Shown: piece after piece, positions 20,174-28,208 of the stretch
Position numbering within the stretch: the stretch's first letter is position 1
How the letters are laid out: each line of letters starts with the position of its first letter
Source of the DNA: Candidatus Parcubacteria bacterium
Lineage (GTDB): Bacteria > Patescibacteriota > Minisyncoccia > Phycocordibacterales > JAKAEA01
DNA: 64,000 nt
Reading direction: 5' to 3'
NCBI GenBank assembly: GCA_019661945.1
Contig: JAIFWI010000002.1
Location: 763 to 64,762 of the forward strand
Notes under the pieces: generated by a model
Told to the model about the DNA's origin: nothing
Databases searched by the model: none
What the model saw: the letters and a program-made list of their open reading frames with translations, nothing else
Made by a program: the position numbers and the translations under genes

Positions 20174-21589
20174 ATGATTGATTTGAAAAATCTGACAATA
20201 AAAAAAGCCCATGAGCACCTGGTCAAAGGTGATTTTTCGGCACTGGAATTGGCTAATGCCTACAAAGCTGAGGCAGTAAAACGAAATCCTGAAATAAATG
20301 CTTATCTCGAAATTTTTTCTGACATTGATGAACAGGCCAAAGCGGCTGACGATCGGATTAAAGCAGGAAAAGCAGACATGCTCACCGGCATTCCATTTGC
20401 TATTAAAGATATAATTCTCATCAAAGGCCGAATCGCCTCAGGTGCTTCAAAAATTTTGGAAAACTATCGAGCAACGTATGATGCAACCGTTATTAAAAAA
20501 CTAAAAGACGCCGGAGTAGTTTTCCTAGGCCGGACAAACATGGACGAATTTGCCATGGGCGGTTCAAATGAAAACTCGGCATTTGGTCCAGTTAAAAATC
20601 CCCATGATACTTCACGGGTGCCGGGCGGTTCATCTGGAGGCAGTGCTGCCGCCGTGGCCATGGATGCAACCTTAGCGGCGCTAGGTACCGACACCGGTGG
20701 TTCAATTCGCGAACCAGCAAGTTTCTGCGGAGTAGTTGGACTTAAACCGACATATGGCGCAGTCTCACGCTTCGGCGTCATGGCTATGACCTCATCGCTT
20801 GATCAAGTTGGACCTTTGGCTAAAACGGTTGAAGATGCAGAAATTATTTTCAATACCATTAAAGGCCGTGATCCTATGGATTCGACATCATTTGAAATGA
20901 ACGAAACTCGGCCGGAGAAAAAAGTGATTGGTGTACCCTTTGATATTTTGAAAGAGGGAATTGATAAAGATGTTTTAGAAAATTTTAATGCCTCACTCGA
21001 AGTATATAAAAAGCAGGGATACACTATTAAAGATATTGATTTACCGATGATGAAATATTCTTTGGCTGTGTACTATGTTATTGTGCCCGCAGAAGTTTCA
21101 TCAAATACTGCTCGATATGACGGCGTAAAATATGGTCTCCATGTAGATGGTAAAGATTTGCCCGACGATTATCTTTCAACTCGGGCTCAAGGTTTTGGCC
21201 CAGAAGTTCGCCGAAGAATTATGCTCGGTACCTATGTTTTATCACAAGGATATTATGATGCCTACTACAGTAAAGCTCTCAAAGTAAAAAAACTGATTAC
21301 GGCAGATTTTAATAAAGCTTTTCAAGAAGTTGACGCTATTATGATGCCTGTTTCACCGACACCGGCCTTTAAAATAGGAGAAAAGACGGCTGATCCAATT
21401 TCGATGTATTTAGCTGATATTTTTACTGTGCCGGCAAACTTAGCCGGTATTCCAGCCATTTCAGTTCCAAGTGGTACCGTCAATCGAGACGGCAAAGCAT
21501 TGCCGGTTGGTCTTCAAATTATTGCTCCGGCATTTGCCGAACAAGTTCTCTTCGATCTTGGAAAGAAATTTGAACAGTCTCGATTATAG
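20174..21589 (+). CDS. gatA: Asp/Glu-tRNA amidotransferase subunit A
   Basis: PGGSSGGSAAA, GTDTGGSIR, GLKPTYG; start moved to ATG 20174 behind a TATCAT -10 box. Confidence 0.95.
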   Translation: MIDLKNLTIKKAHEHLVKGDFSALELANAYKAEAVKRNPEINAYLEIFSDIDEQAKAADDRIKAGKADMLTGIPFAIKDIILIKGRIASGASKILENYRATYDATVIKKLKDAGVVFLGRTNMDEFAMGGSNENSAFGPVKNPHDTSRVPGGSSGGSAAAVAMDATLAALGTDTGGSIREPASFCGVVGLKPTYGAVSRFGVMAMTSSLDQVGPLAKTVEDAEIIFNTIKGRDPMDSTSFEMNETRPEKKVIGVPFDILKEGIDKDVLENFNASLEVYKKQGYTIKDIDLPMMKYSLAVYYVIVPAEVSSNTARYDGVKYGLHVDGKDLPDDYLSTRAQGFGPEVRRRIMLGTYVLSQGYYDAYYSKALKVKKLITADFNKAFQEVDAIMMPVSPTPAFKIGEKTADPISMYLADIFTVPANLAGIPAISVPSGTVNRDGKALPVGLQIIAPAFAEQVLFDLGKKFEQSRL

Positions 21590-21616
21590 AACTCTTCTTT
21601 AGTATAATAAAGGGAA

Positions 21617-22345
21617 ATGGGAGAACCAATACCAGGACCAAGAAGAGATGATGTAGATGATGATAGAGGAGCTGCTGCGCCTCCGCCGGCAAAAAAAGAA
21701 GAGTCCATATGGACTGTAGAGGTTGTTGGAGTTGCCATAATACTCGGGCTTTCTTTCCTCACCTATATTGGCCAGTCGAGCATTGTCAGACGATTGAATG
21801 ACGAGGATTTTTCGTTCACTGAACTTTTTTCAAACCCATCTTCTTGGCTTCCTGAATGGTTAGTAGCTATAGTCCTGCGATTTTCTATCATTTATACAAC
21901 CCTTGTTACGGTATTGTCCCTATTTTTCTTAGTGGTTATTGTGTATTCGCTTACCCGTTGGCGATATTGGGAAGTTGAATGGCAGAAACTTCTCTATCCA
22001 AGTCCAGATGAGGCCGAAAAACCATCTGTTAAAAATGAAAAATGGCAGCGTGTCGAAGAACATGTGAGCTCTGATAGTCCGAGTGATTGGCGGTTGGCCA
22101 TTCTTGAAGCTGATATCATCTTGGACGAATTGTTAGATAATCTTGGATACATTGGAGATACTATCGGCGATAAATTGAAAAAAGTTACTAAGGGTGATTT
22201 CCAGACGCTTGATAGTGCCTGGGAGGCCCATAAAATTCGTAATGCCATTGCTCATGAAGGTCAGGACTTTGTCTTGACTCAGCGTGAAGCTCAAAGAGTC
22301 ATTGGTTTATATAAACAAGTGTTTCAGGAATTTGACTACGTCTAA
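21617..22345 (+). CDS. Membrane protein with C-terminal RxxxxH (HEPN-like) domain
   Basis: 2 TMs; AILEAD..LD..L...GY.G.T.G..LK and WEAHKIRNAIAH. Confidence 0.6.
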   Translation: MGEPIPGPRRDDVDDDRGAAAPPPAKKEESIWTVEVVGVAIILGLSFLTYIGQSSIVRRLNDEDFSFTELFSNPSSWLPEWLVAIVLRFSIIYTTLVTVLSLFFLVVIVYSLTRWRYWEVEWQKLLYPSPDEAEKPSVKNEKWQRVEEHVSSDSPSDWRLAILEADIILDELLDNLGYIGDTIGDKLKKVTKGDFQTLDSAWEAHKIRNAIAHEGQDFVLTQREAQRVIGLYKQVFQEFDYV

Positions 22346-22370
22346 CTTTTACGATACATTCTATAAGCAC

Positions 22371-22441
22371 CGGGGCTTGGTGGAACGGTACCACGGGAGG
22401 CTCATAACCTCCAAAACCAGGTTCAACTCCTGGAGCCCCAA
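22371..22441 (+). tRNA. tRNA-Met(CAT), probable initiator
   Basis: C1xA72 mismatch, GGAGG-CTCATAA-CCTCC anticodon arm, CCAGG-TTCAACT-CCTGG T-arm. Confidence 0.85.
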
Positions 22442-22469
22442 CAACGTAATACAAAAATAGAGGAACGAG

Positions 22470-22507
22470 AAAGGCCGGACTGCGTTTTGATAAACAGTCC
22501 GGCCTTT
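22470..22507. terminator. Intrinsic terminator hairpin
   Basis: AAAGGCCGGACTG...CAGTCCGGCCTTT. Confidence 0.75.
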
Positions 22508-22529
22508 GAGTTGTGCACTGACCTGACGA

Positions 22530-22778
22530 TCAGAAGTTGGGCTTCCGGCTCCGGCCCATGCTAAGCCTGAGCGGCGTGATGTGCGGGATGCGCCGGCAGC
22601 TCTCGCTGTCGCGCTTACGGTAGTCAGCCCTGAGTTTGCCGGCGAACATCGGTGGCGGGTCGATCTTGACGATGCCCGGCTCGACGATCTGTGCGGTCGG
22701 TTCGCTCATCAGCTCGTGCCTGGACCTCGGCATCAAGTCGCTTCTGATCTGTCCGCACCACGGGGTGGTTCTGGGCAT
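22530..22778 (-). CDS. Hypothetical basic protein (solo GC-rich gene)
   Basis: GAGGAG SD; TTGACA-N16-TATAAT at 22870-22843; terminator at 22470. Confidence 0.6.
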   Translation of the reverse strand: MPRTTPWCGQIRSDLMPRSRHELMSEPTAQIVEPGIVKIDPPPMFAGKLRADYRKRDSESCRRIPHITPLRLSMGRSRKPNF

Positions 22779-22918
22779 ACAGTGCTCCTCGAGAGGGTAG
22801 AGGTGAAGTGTTTGCGGGCTTTCCTTATCCCGCGCTGTCGCTATTATATCATATATAATCTATATGTCAAGGAATGATTTTACCATACCAATGATGTGTG
22901 ATATAGTGATTTTTGCAT

Positions 22919-22991
22919 GTCGGAGTAGCTCAGTTGGTAGAGCACAGGACTCATAAGCCTGGGGTCGTGGGTTCGATCCCCACCTCCGACA
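22919..22991 (+). tRNA. tRNA-Met(CAT), probable elongator
   Basis: GTCGGAG/CTCCGAC acceptor stem, CTCATAA loop, GGTTCGATCC. Confidence 0.9.
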
Positions 22992-23046
22992 CAATCAAAT
23001 TTTTTGTTTGCTGAATAGTGAAAAATCTGATAGATTTTACGTACTT

Positions 23047-23120
23047 GCGGCCATAGCTCAACTGGTTAGAGCACTCGCCTGTCACGCGAGAGGTTGCCGG
23101 TTCAAGTCCGGTTGGCCGCG
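23047..23120 (+). tRNA. tRNA-Asp(GTC)
   Basis: GCGGCCA/TGGCCGC, CT-GTC-AC loop, GGTTCAAGTCC. Confidence 0.95.
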
Positions 23121-23228
23121 CATATAGCTGAGCTTAGATTTAGAGCCCTCAAAAATATGAGGGTCTTAGGGACGTAGAACTGGGTATAAGATATTAGTAT
23201 TTAAACTCTGCTGTGAGACAATTATCTG

Positions 23229-23645
23229 ATGAGGAAGATTATTTCGAATATTGCTATTCTTTGTTTGCCTTTGGGAATGATGGGGTACTATCTCTGGCAT
23301 TTAATAAATTTAGAGATAATAAATCCAAAGCGATACTCAAATGGACAAAAATATACATCGTATCGTTCGGAAATATTTGCCGAGTTATTAGCATACTCAC
23401 TGATCATTCTAGCTTTTATAGTTGGTCAGTATATTACTAAAAGATTTTCAAATAAAATTGGTTATTTGAATGTGATGATTTTATCATCTGTTGTTTACTT
23501 AGGTATATTTCTTAGTGGGTTTCTATTGTTTGAGCAATATACCTCTATTGATGACTTAACTCTAGGGCTTGCTGGGGGAGTATACTTTTTAGTTAATTTG
23601 ATATTTTCCCATCAAACCTACAAAGAGCTAAGTGGGAAAGTATAG
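23229..23645 (+). CDS. AT-rich 4-TM hypothetical membrane protein
   Basis: ORF track; hydrophobic segments; directly 3' of tRNA-Asp. Confidence 0.65.
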   Translation: MRKIISNIAILCLPLGMMGYYLWHLINLEIINPKRYSNGQKYTSYRSEIFAELLAYSLIILAFIVGQYITKRFSNKIGYLNVMILSSVVYLGIFLSGFLLFEQYTSIDDLTLGLAGGVYFLVNLIFSHQTYKELSGKV

Positions 23646-23664
23646 ATCGCAATTAATAACCACA

Positions 23665-23683
23665 GTTCCAACATCATTCACGA
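23665..23683. repeat. Conserved 19-bp motif, copy 1 (att-like?)
   Basis: GTTCCAACATCATTCACGA; 17/19 identical to 33185-33203. Confidence 0.6.
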
Positions 23684-23794
23684 GGGCGCCCAACATTACA
23701 ACAGAATTCGGCTTTACTCAAGTGTGTAATTTCTTCGGCTCTGTATCGTCGCTAGCTATGTGTCGAAATTATTCATTTTTATGAATAGGACATT

Positions 23795-24058
23795 ATGAAT
23801 ATCATATTATGGCTTATTTTCGGAGCACTCGTTGGCTGGATTGCATCTATGATCATGGGTACCAATGCTGAGCAAGGTGCAGTTATGAACGTTATTGTCG
23901 GCATTGTCGGCGCTGTGCTTGGCGGATGGCTCTTCAGTCTCTTCGGTGGACAAGGAGTCGAAGGTTTCAACTTGTATAGCTTCCTCGTAGCTCTTGTTGG
24001 AGCAGTCGTACTTCTTGGCCTTTGGAGGGCTCTGCGGCGAACATCTGCCCGCGTTTAA
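23795..24058 (+). CDS. GlsB/YeaQ/YmgE (transglycosylase-associated) membrane protein
   Basis: WLIFGALVGWIAS...NVIVGIVGAVLGG...VALVGAVVLL. Confidence 0.88.
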   Translation: MNIILWLIFGALVGWIASMIMGTNAEQGAVMNVIVGIVGAVLGGWLFSLFGGQGVEGFNLYSFLVALVGAVVLLGLWRALRRTSARV

Positions 24059-24114
24059 AAGCATCTCCACGAAGCTTCGATACAGAAACCCCATTCAGGG
24101 GTTTTTGTTTGCTC

Positions 24115-24732
24115 TTATTTATATAAATACACCGTGAAGTCATCATCGAGATAGTCTTCAATAATCTTTATATTCGAGCAAAATGTTTTACAGAATTTTT
24201 TAATTTCCTGAGGTCTGTATGTCGCAAATACACTATTATCAACATGCCGTTTAGCATCGAGCATATTAAATGCCAAAGCTTTTGATGCGTGGGTGTACAT
24301 TTTTTTAATCAAAGCGTAATAGTGGGCAATATGATTTTCTATTTTAAAACTTAAGACTCCCGAGGCTAGAATATAATCATACGACTTTTTCAGATCCTCT
24401 ATACTCTCGAGTGTAAACCGGGCTTCGGGAAAACGCTCGCGGGCACGGTTGATAAACTCCGTCATAATATCAATACCGGAATATTTTACGTCTATATTAT
24501 TTTCCAAAAAGAATGTATATAAATCTCCCAAGCCACAGCCGACATCGAGAACACTATGGCCATTCAAATCAGCCACGGCAGAGAGTATTTGAAACCGTTT
24601 CTGTTGGTTATAGCGGCTAGCCCAATGGACACTTCGGGCATCGTCCAATCCAAAATCGGCAATAGATTGCCGGTAAAACGTGCTTATACGTTCTTGATCG
24701 TTCTGGGACAGTGACATAGCTCTTCTATACAT
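24115..24732 (-). CDS. Class I SAM-dependent methyltransferase
   Basis: VLDVGCGLG, YSGIDI, YDYILASG. Confidence 0.85.
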   Translation of the reverse strand: MYRRAMSLSQNDQERISTFYRQSIADFGLDDARSVHWASRYNQQKRFQILSAVADLNGHSVLDVGCGLGDLYTFFLENNIDVKYSGIDIMTEFINRARERFPEARFTLESIEDLKKSYDYILASGVLSFKIENHIAHYYALIKKMYTHASKALAFNMLDAKRHVDNSVFATYRPQEIKKFCKTFCSNIKIIEDYLDDDFTVYLYK

Positions 24733-24764
24733 GGTATACTATTATACAAAGTAATGATAAATCT

Positions 24765-25034
24765 ATGAACGAAAAAGAACAATATATTGCTCTTATTAAT
24801 GAAATTATTCAAAAACAATCTCTCATTCTCGGACCACAAATTGCAGTTCTCAAAGCTCGAGGAGTATCCGGTATTACAGTCACTGATGAAGGCAAAGTTA
24901 CAGACATTAGCGTAGATCCTGCAGAAGCATTGCAGCAACTCATTGATCATTACGTAGAACTATCAGGCCAGATTGTAAGGAATGCTATGGACTCTGTTTT
25001 TGCTAAGTATCCTTCAATTAATCTCAAAAAATAA
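24765..25034 (+). CDS. Hypothetical cytoplasmic protein heading a sensor kinase operon
   Basis: ORF track; tight operon with membrane protein, HK and RR. Confidence 0.7.
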   Translation: MNEKEQYIALINEIIQKQSLILGPQIAVLKARGVSGITVTDEGKVTDISVDPAEALQQLIDHYVELSGQIVRNAMDSVFAKYPSINLKK

Positions 25035-25035
25035 T

Positions 25036-25353
25036 ATGAACCCACTCGAATATATACATGTGCTGCTCGATATCGTCCTCTTAGTAGCTTTGATTTGGAT
25101 GGTGAGTGTAGCCTTGAAGGGTGTTGGTGGCATCATTGGTAGTGCCATTAACCTCATGACCATCGGTGTTCTTATTCTTGGTCTCGATCACATTTCTCGC
25201 CGATTACCAATTGAATATTTCCAATGGGATGGTGCCAATGGTGAGCTAATCCACCGAATTATTGCTTTGATAGGATTCTTTTTACTTGGATTTGGTTTTC
25301 GAAAAATTCGAATTATGACTATGAATATTCAAGCCCAGGTTAAACAAAAATAA
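25036..25353 (+). CDS. 3-TM membrane protein
   Basis: ATG 25036 follows the upstream stop; three hydrophobic helices. Confidence 0.7.
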   Translation: MNPLEYIHVLLDIVLLVALIWMVSVALKGVGGIIGSAINLMTIGVLILGLDHISRRLPIEYFQWDGANGELIHRIIALIGFFLLGFGFRKIRIMTMNIQAQVKQK

Positions 25354-25370
25354 ATGCAGCCGCAGGGTAT

Positions 25371-27137
25371 ATGTCCACTATTATTTATATTCTCATAGCG
25401 CTCGGCGGAATACTCTCTGCACTCTACTCTGTTTGGAGAAATCGAGGAGTAAAAGCAGATCTAAAGAAAAAAGAAGAAGATATGAGCAAGCGGATGTACG
25501 AGCTTGCCATTTTAAAAGACCTTGGAGACCGAATTGGTTATTCACTTAATGTAAAGGAGATTGTCGATGTTATTACAAGTTCTTTACATCAATTTATAGA
25601 CTACTCTGCTGTATCATATATGCTTCTCGAACCGGAGAAGATTATTTTCAAGGTGCATCTCGAAAAATCAGTCCATCGTCAATTTATTGTTGAAGTTCGC
25701 GACCGAATGCTCGGTGCCTTAGGTGCTTTGCTTGATCGTGAGCTTAATAAAAATACTGTCGAGGAAATTCTTTCCGGATCAATTCTCAACCGAGAGGGCC
25801 TTGAACCAGTTCGCTCGTTTTTCAACATTCCGGTCGTCATTGGCGGTCGGGTAGTAGCTATGATCACAGTGGCCGATACAAAAGTCGGACTTTATAAAGA
25901 AGAGGAAATGACTATTTTGTATAAAATTACTCAGCAAGCTTCAAATGCTGTTAGTCGATTGCAGGCAGTCGTCCAGACAGAACAAGCAAAATTGAATGCT
26001 ATGGTGGCCAGTATGCAGGATGGTGTTGTTATGACCGATACCGAATATCGTATTGTGGTCATCAATCCTGCCGCAAAAAAAGTCATTGGAGTAGCCCATG
26101 ATAAAGATGTCACCATTTTTGATTTCATTGATAATATGGGAGGGAAGATTGATATTCGGGGCCGGCTCGAAGAGAGTGTTACATTACAAAAACCATTTGT
26201 TTCGGATCGAGTTCTGGTCCGAGACCATTTCTTCCAGGTTTTTATTTTTCCCGTGCTATCTGATGATGAGATTCCAGCATTGCGCCGAGTGATTGGTGGA
26301 GCTGTCATCATACGTGACGTCACGCATGAATTTGAGCTTGAGCGAGTCAGGGAAGACTTCATGTCGATGATTGTGCATGAATTGCGTACACCGCTTGATG
26401 CTATTAAAAAAATGAGTGAAGTGTTAAAGCAGCCGGCTACTCGCGTCAAAAAAGTTACTCCGGACAACAATAAAGAATATGTCCAGCTCATTTATCAGAA
26501 CTCTTCAGAAATGCTCGAACTTGTAAGCGATATTTTGGATTTGGCAAAACTCGAAGCCGGTAAATTTGAAATTGTGCCGGTCTCGGCTGATTTCGGAGAA
26601 ACAATTGCCAATCGAGTTCAATTCTTTAATATTTCGGCTCGTGATGCCGGTATTGCACTAAAAGCTGAAGTCTCTAAAGATATACCAAAGGCAGCTTTGT
26701 TTGACCCTGAAGCAATTAAACAGGTGCTCAATAACCTTATGTCCAATGCCTTGAAATTCACCAAACAAGGCGGATCGGTGACGGTAGCAGCATTCCGTCA
26801 TGAGCCCGGACAAAGCCTTGTTTCAGAGCTAGCCAAACTCAGTCTGCGTTTCCCGGCTCATTTTCCTGATGAAAGTTTGGCATCGCTACCGGCCTCGCTT
26901 GTTGGTGTTGTTATTGATACTGGCGTTGGTGTTCCAGAGGATATGCAGGGAAAGCTCTTTAATAAGTTCAAGCAATTGAAAAATAAAACAGTCACAACCT
27001 CAATCCGAGGTACCGGTTTGGGCTTGGCTATTGCCAAGGGTATTGTTGAGGAGCATAAAGGTAAAATCGGAGTAGTATCACAAGTAGATGTTGGTAGCGC
27101 TTTCTACTTTGTGATACCATTACAGGAAGTCCATTAA
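25371..27137 (+). CDS. GAF/PAS sensor histidine kinase
   Basis: HELRTPL H-box, NLMSNALKFT, DTGVG, GTGLGLAIAKGIVEEH. Confidence 0.92.
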   Translation: MSTIIYILIALGGILSALYSVWRNRGVKADLKKKEEDMSKRMYELAILKDLGDRIGYSLNVKEIVDVITSSLHQFIDYSAVSYMLLEPEKIIFKVHLEKSVHRQFIVEVRDRMLGALGALLDRELNKNTVEEILSGSILNREGLEPVRSFFNIPVVIGGRVVAMITVADTKVGLYKEEEMTILYKITQQASNAVSRLQAVVQTEQAKLNAMVASMQDGVVMTDTEYRIVVINPAAKKVIGVAHDKDVTIFDFIDNMGGKIDIRGRLEESVTLQKPFVSDRVLVRDHFFQVFIFPVLSDDEIPALRRVIGGAVIIRDVTHEFELERVREDFMSMIVHELRTPLDAIKKMSEVLKQPATRVKKVTPDNNKEYVQLIYQNSSEMLELVSDILDLAKLEAGKFEIVPVSADFGETIANRVQFFNISARDAGIALKAEVSKDIPKAALFDPEAIKQVLNNLMSNALKFTKQGGSVTVAAFRHEPGQSLVSELAKLSLRFPAHFPDESLASLPASLVGVVIDTGVGVPEDMQGKLFNKFKQLKNKTVTTSIRGTGLGLAIAKGIVEEHKGKIGVVSQVDVGSAFYFVIPLQEVH

Positions 27138-27146
27138 TCAAAATTC

Positions 27147-27524
27147 ATGAAAAAAATACTTATAATTGACGACGAACCCCTTTTCTGCAAAGTAGTCCGC
27201 GAAGGTCTTGATACCGCAAAATATGAAGTGTCTGAAGCTGTTGACGGTGTTGATGGCCTGAAAAAAGTTGAAGAAGTAAATCCTGATCTCATTCTTCTTG
27301 ATATTATGATGCCCAATCTTGACGGTATGGGCTTTTTGAAACAGCTCAATGAAAAATATGGCAAAGGCAAAATTCCGGTTATCATTACCTCAAATCTTTC
27401 GACTATCACCAAGATCAGTGAGGGCCTAGCTCTTGGTGTCAAAGGCTATATCATCAAATCAAATGAGAGCATTGAGACTATTGCTCGAACGATTGACTCG
27501 ATTCTAGAACAAAAACCTGCTTAA
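27147..27524 (+). CDS. Single-domain response regulator
   Basis: ILIIDDE, LLDIMMPNLDG, YIIK. Confidence 0.9.
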   Translation: MKKILIIDDEPLFCKVVREGLDTAKYEVSEAVDGVDGLKKVEEVNPDLILLDIMMPNLDGMGFLKQLNEKYGKGKIPVIITSNLSTITKISEGLALGVKGYIIKSNESIETIARTIDSILEQKPA

Positions 27525-27592
27525 GGTAGGTCATTGAATTTCCTCTCTTTATATATTAGTATCTTAGACTAAGCCGTTAGGGTTTAGTGTAT

Positions 27593-27659
27593 GCCGATGT
27601 ACCCGCCCGAACGGACCGAGTCCGCTCGGTACGGGCGGGGCTCAGGGGAGCACGTGATT
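27593..27659 (+). pseudogene. tRNA-Thr 5'-half relic interrupted by a 38-nt palindrome
   Basis: GCCGATGTA[CCCGCCCG...CGGGCGGG]GCTCAGGGGAGCACGTGATT versus the intact tRNA at 27900. Confidence 0.75.
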
Positions 27660-27663
27660 ATAT

Positions 27664-27909
27664 ATGTTTACTGTATACGTCTTACGGGATTCAGAAGGTA
27701 AGTTATACAAAGGGGTAACTAATAATTTATCCCGACGACTTAATGAGCATAAGAATGGTCATACACGCTCTACTAGATATATGGATGATATCAATGTAGT
27801 TTATACTGAAGAGTATCCTGATTGGGAGGTCGCAAGAAAACGAGAAGTATATTTCAAAAGTGCGGCGGGTAGAAGATTTTTAAAGAAAGTAATAAATTTG
27901 CCGATGTAG
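27664..27909 (+). CDS. GIY-YIG nuclease (short, stand-alone)
   Basis: VYVL..LYKGVTNNLSRRLNEH..G; ARKREVYFKS; stop codon lies inside tRNA-Thr. Confidence 0.88.
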   Translation: MFTVYVLRDSEGKLYKGVTNNLSRRLNEHKNGHTRSTRYMDDINVVYTEEYPDWEVARKREVYFKSAAGRRFLKKVINLPM

Positions 27910-27972
27910 CTCAGTTGGTAGAGCACGTCATTGGTAATGACGAGGTCTCCGGTTCAATCCCGGACATCGGCT
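27900..27972 (+). tRNA. tRNA-Thr(GGT)
   Basis: GCCGATG/CATCGGC, CGTCA-TTGGTAA-TGACG. Confidence 0.95.
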
Positions 27973-28021
27973 CCGATTCTTTTTTTGCCAAAAGGTTATA
28001 AATTCACTATGATGGCAGTAC

Positions 28022-28094
28022 GCCAGTGTAGCTCAGTTGGTAGAGCACCGCTTTCGTAAAGCGGGGGTCGCCGGTTCGATCCTGGCCACTGGCT
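28022..28094 (+). tRNA. tRNA-Thr(CGT)
   Basis: GCCAGTG/CACTGGC, CCGCT-TTCGTAA-AGCGG. Confidence 0.95.
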
Positions 28095-28193
28095 CAGTTT
28101 CCGCCATAGGCGGACCAGCCTATGGCTGGGGATAGAGCACCGCTTTTCCGCCTGAGGCGGAGGGGTCCGCAGTTCGATCCTGCGAGGTGGCTC
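28092..28193 (+). pseudogene. Degenerate tRNA (Thr-like) with two palindromic insertions
   Basis: GCTCAGTT[TCCGCCATAGGCGGA CCAGCCTATGGCTGG]GGATAGAGCACCGCTTT[TCCGCCTGAGGCGGA]GGGGTCCGCAGTTCGATCCTGCGAGGTGGCTC; 5' acceptor strand and anticodon missing. Confidence 0.7.
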
Positions 28194-28208
28194 TAGTATA
28201 ATTATTGT

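Noticed and set aside
22581-22877. Plus-strand 98-aa ORF and similar antisense ORFs over GC-rich genes (e.g. 3467-3763, 40240-40662, 51985-52341)
   Set aside because: The opposite strand carries the promoter, SD and terminator or recognisable motifs; GC-rich DNA has few stops
23700-23716. ACAGAATTCGGCTT resembles the RNase P RNA 3' consensus
   Set aside because: No GAGGAAAGTCC 5' element upstream, and the region is occupied by a membrane-protein ORF
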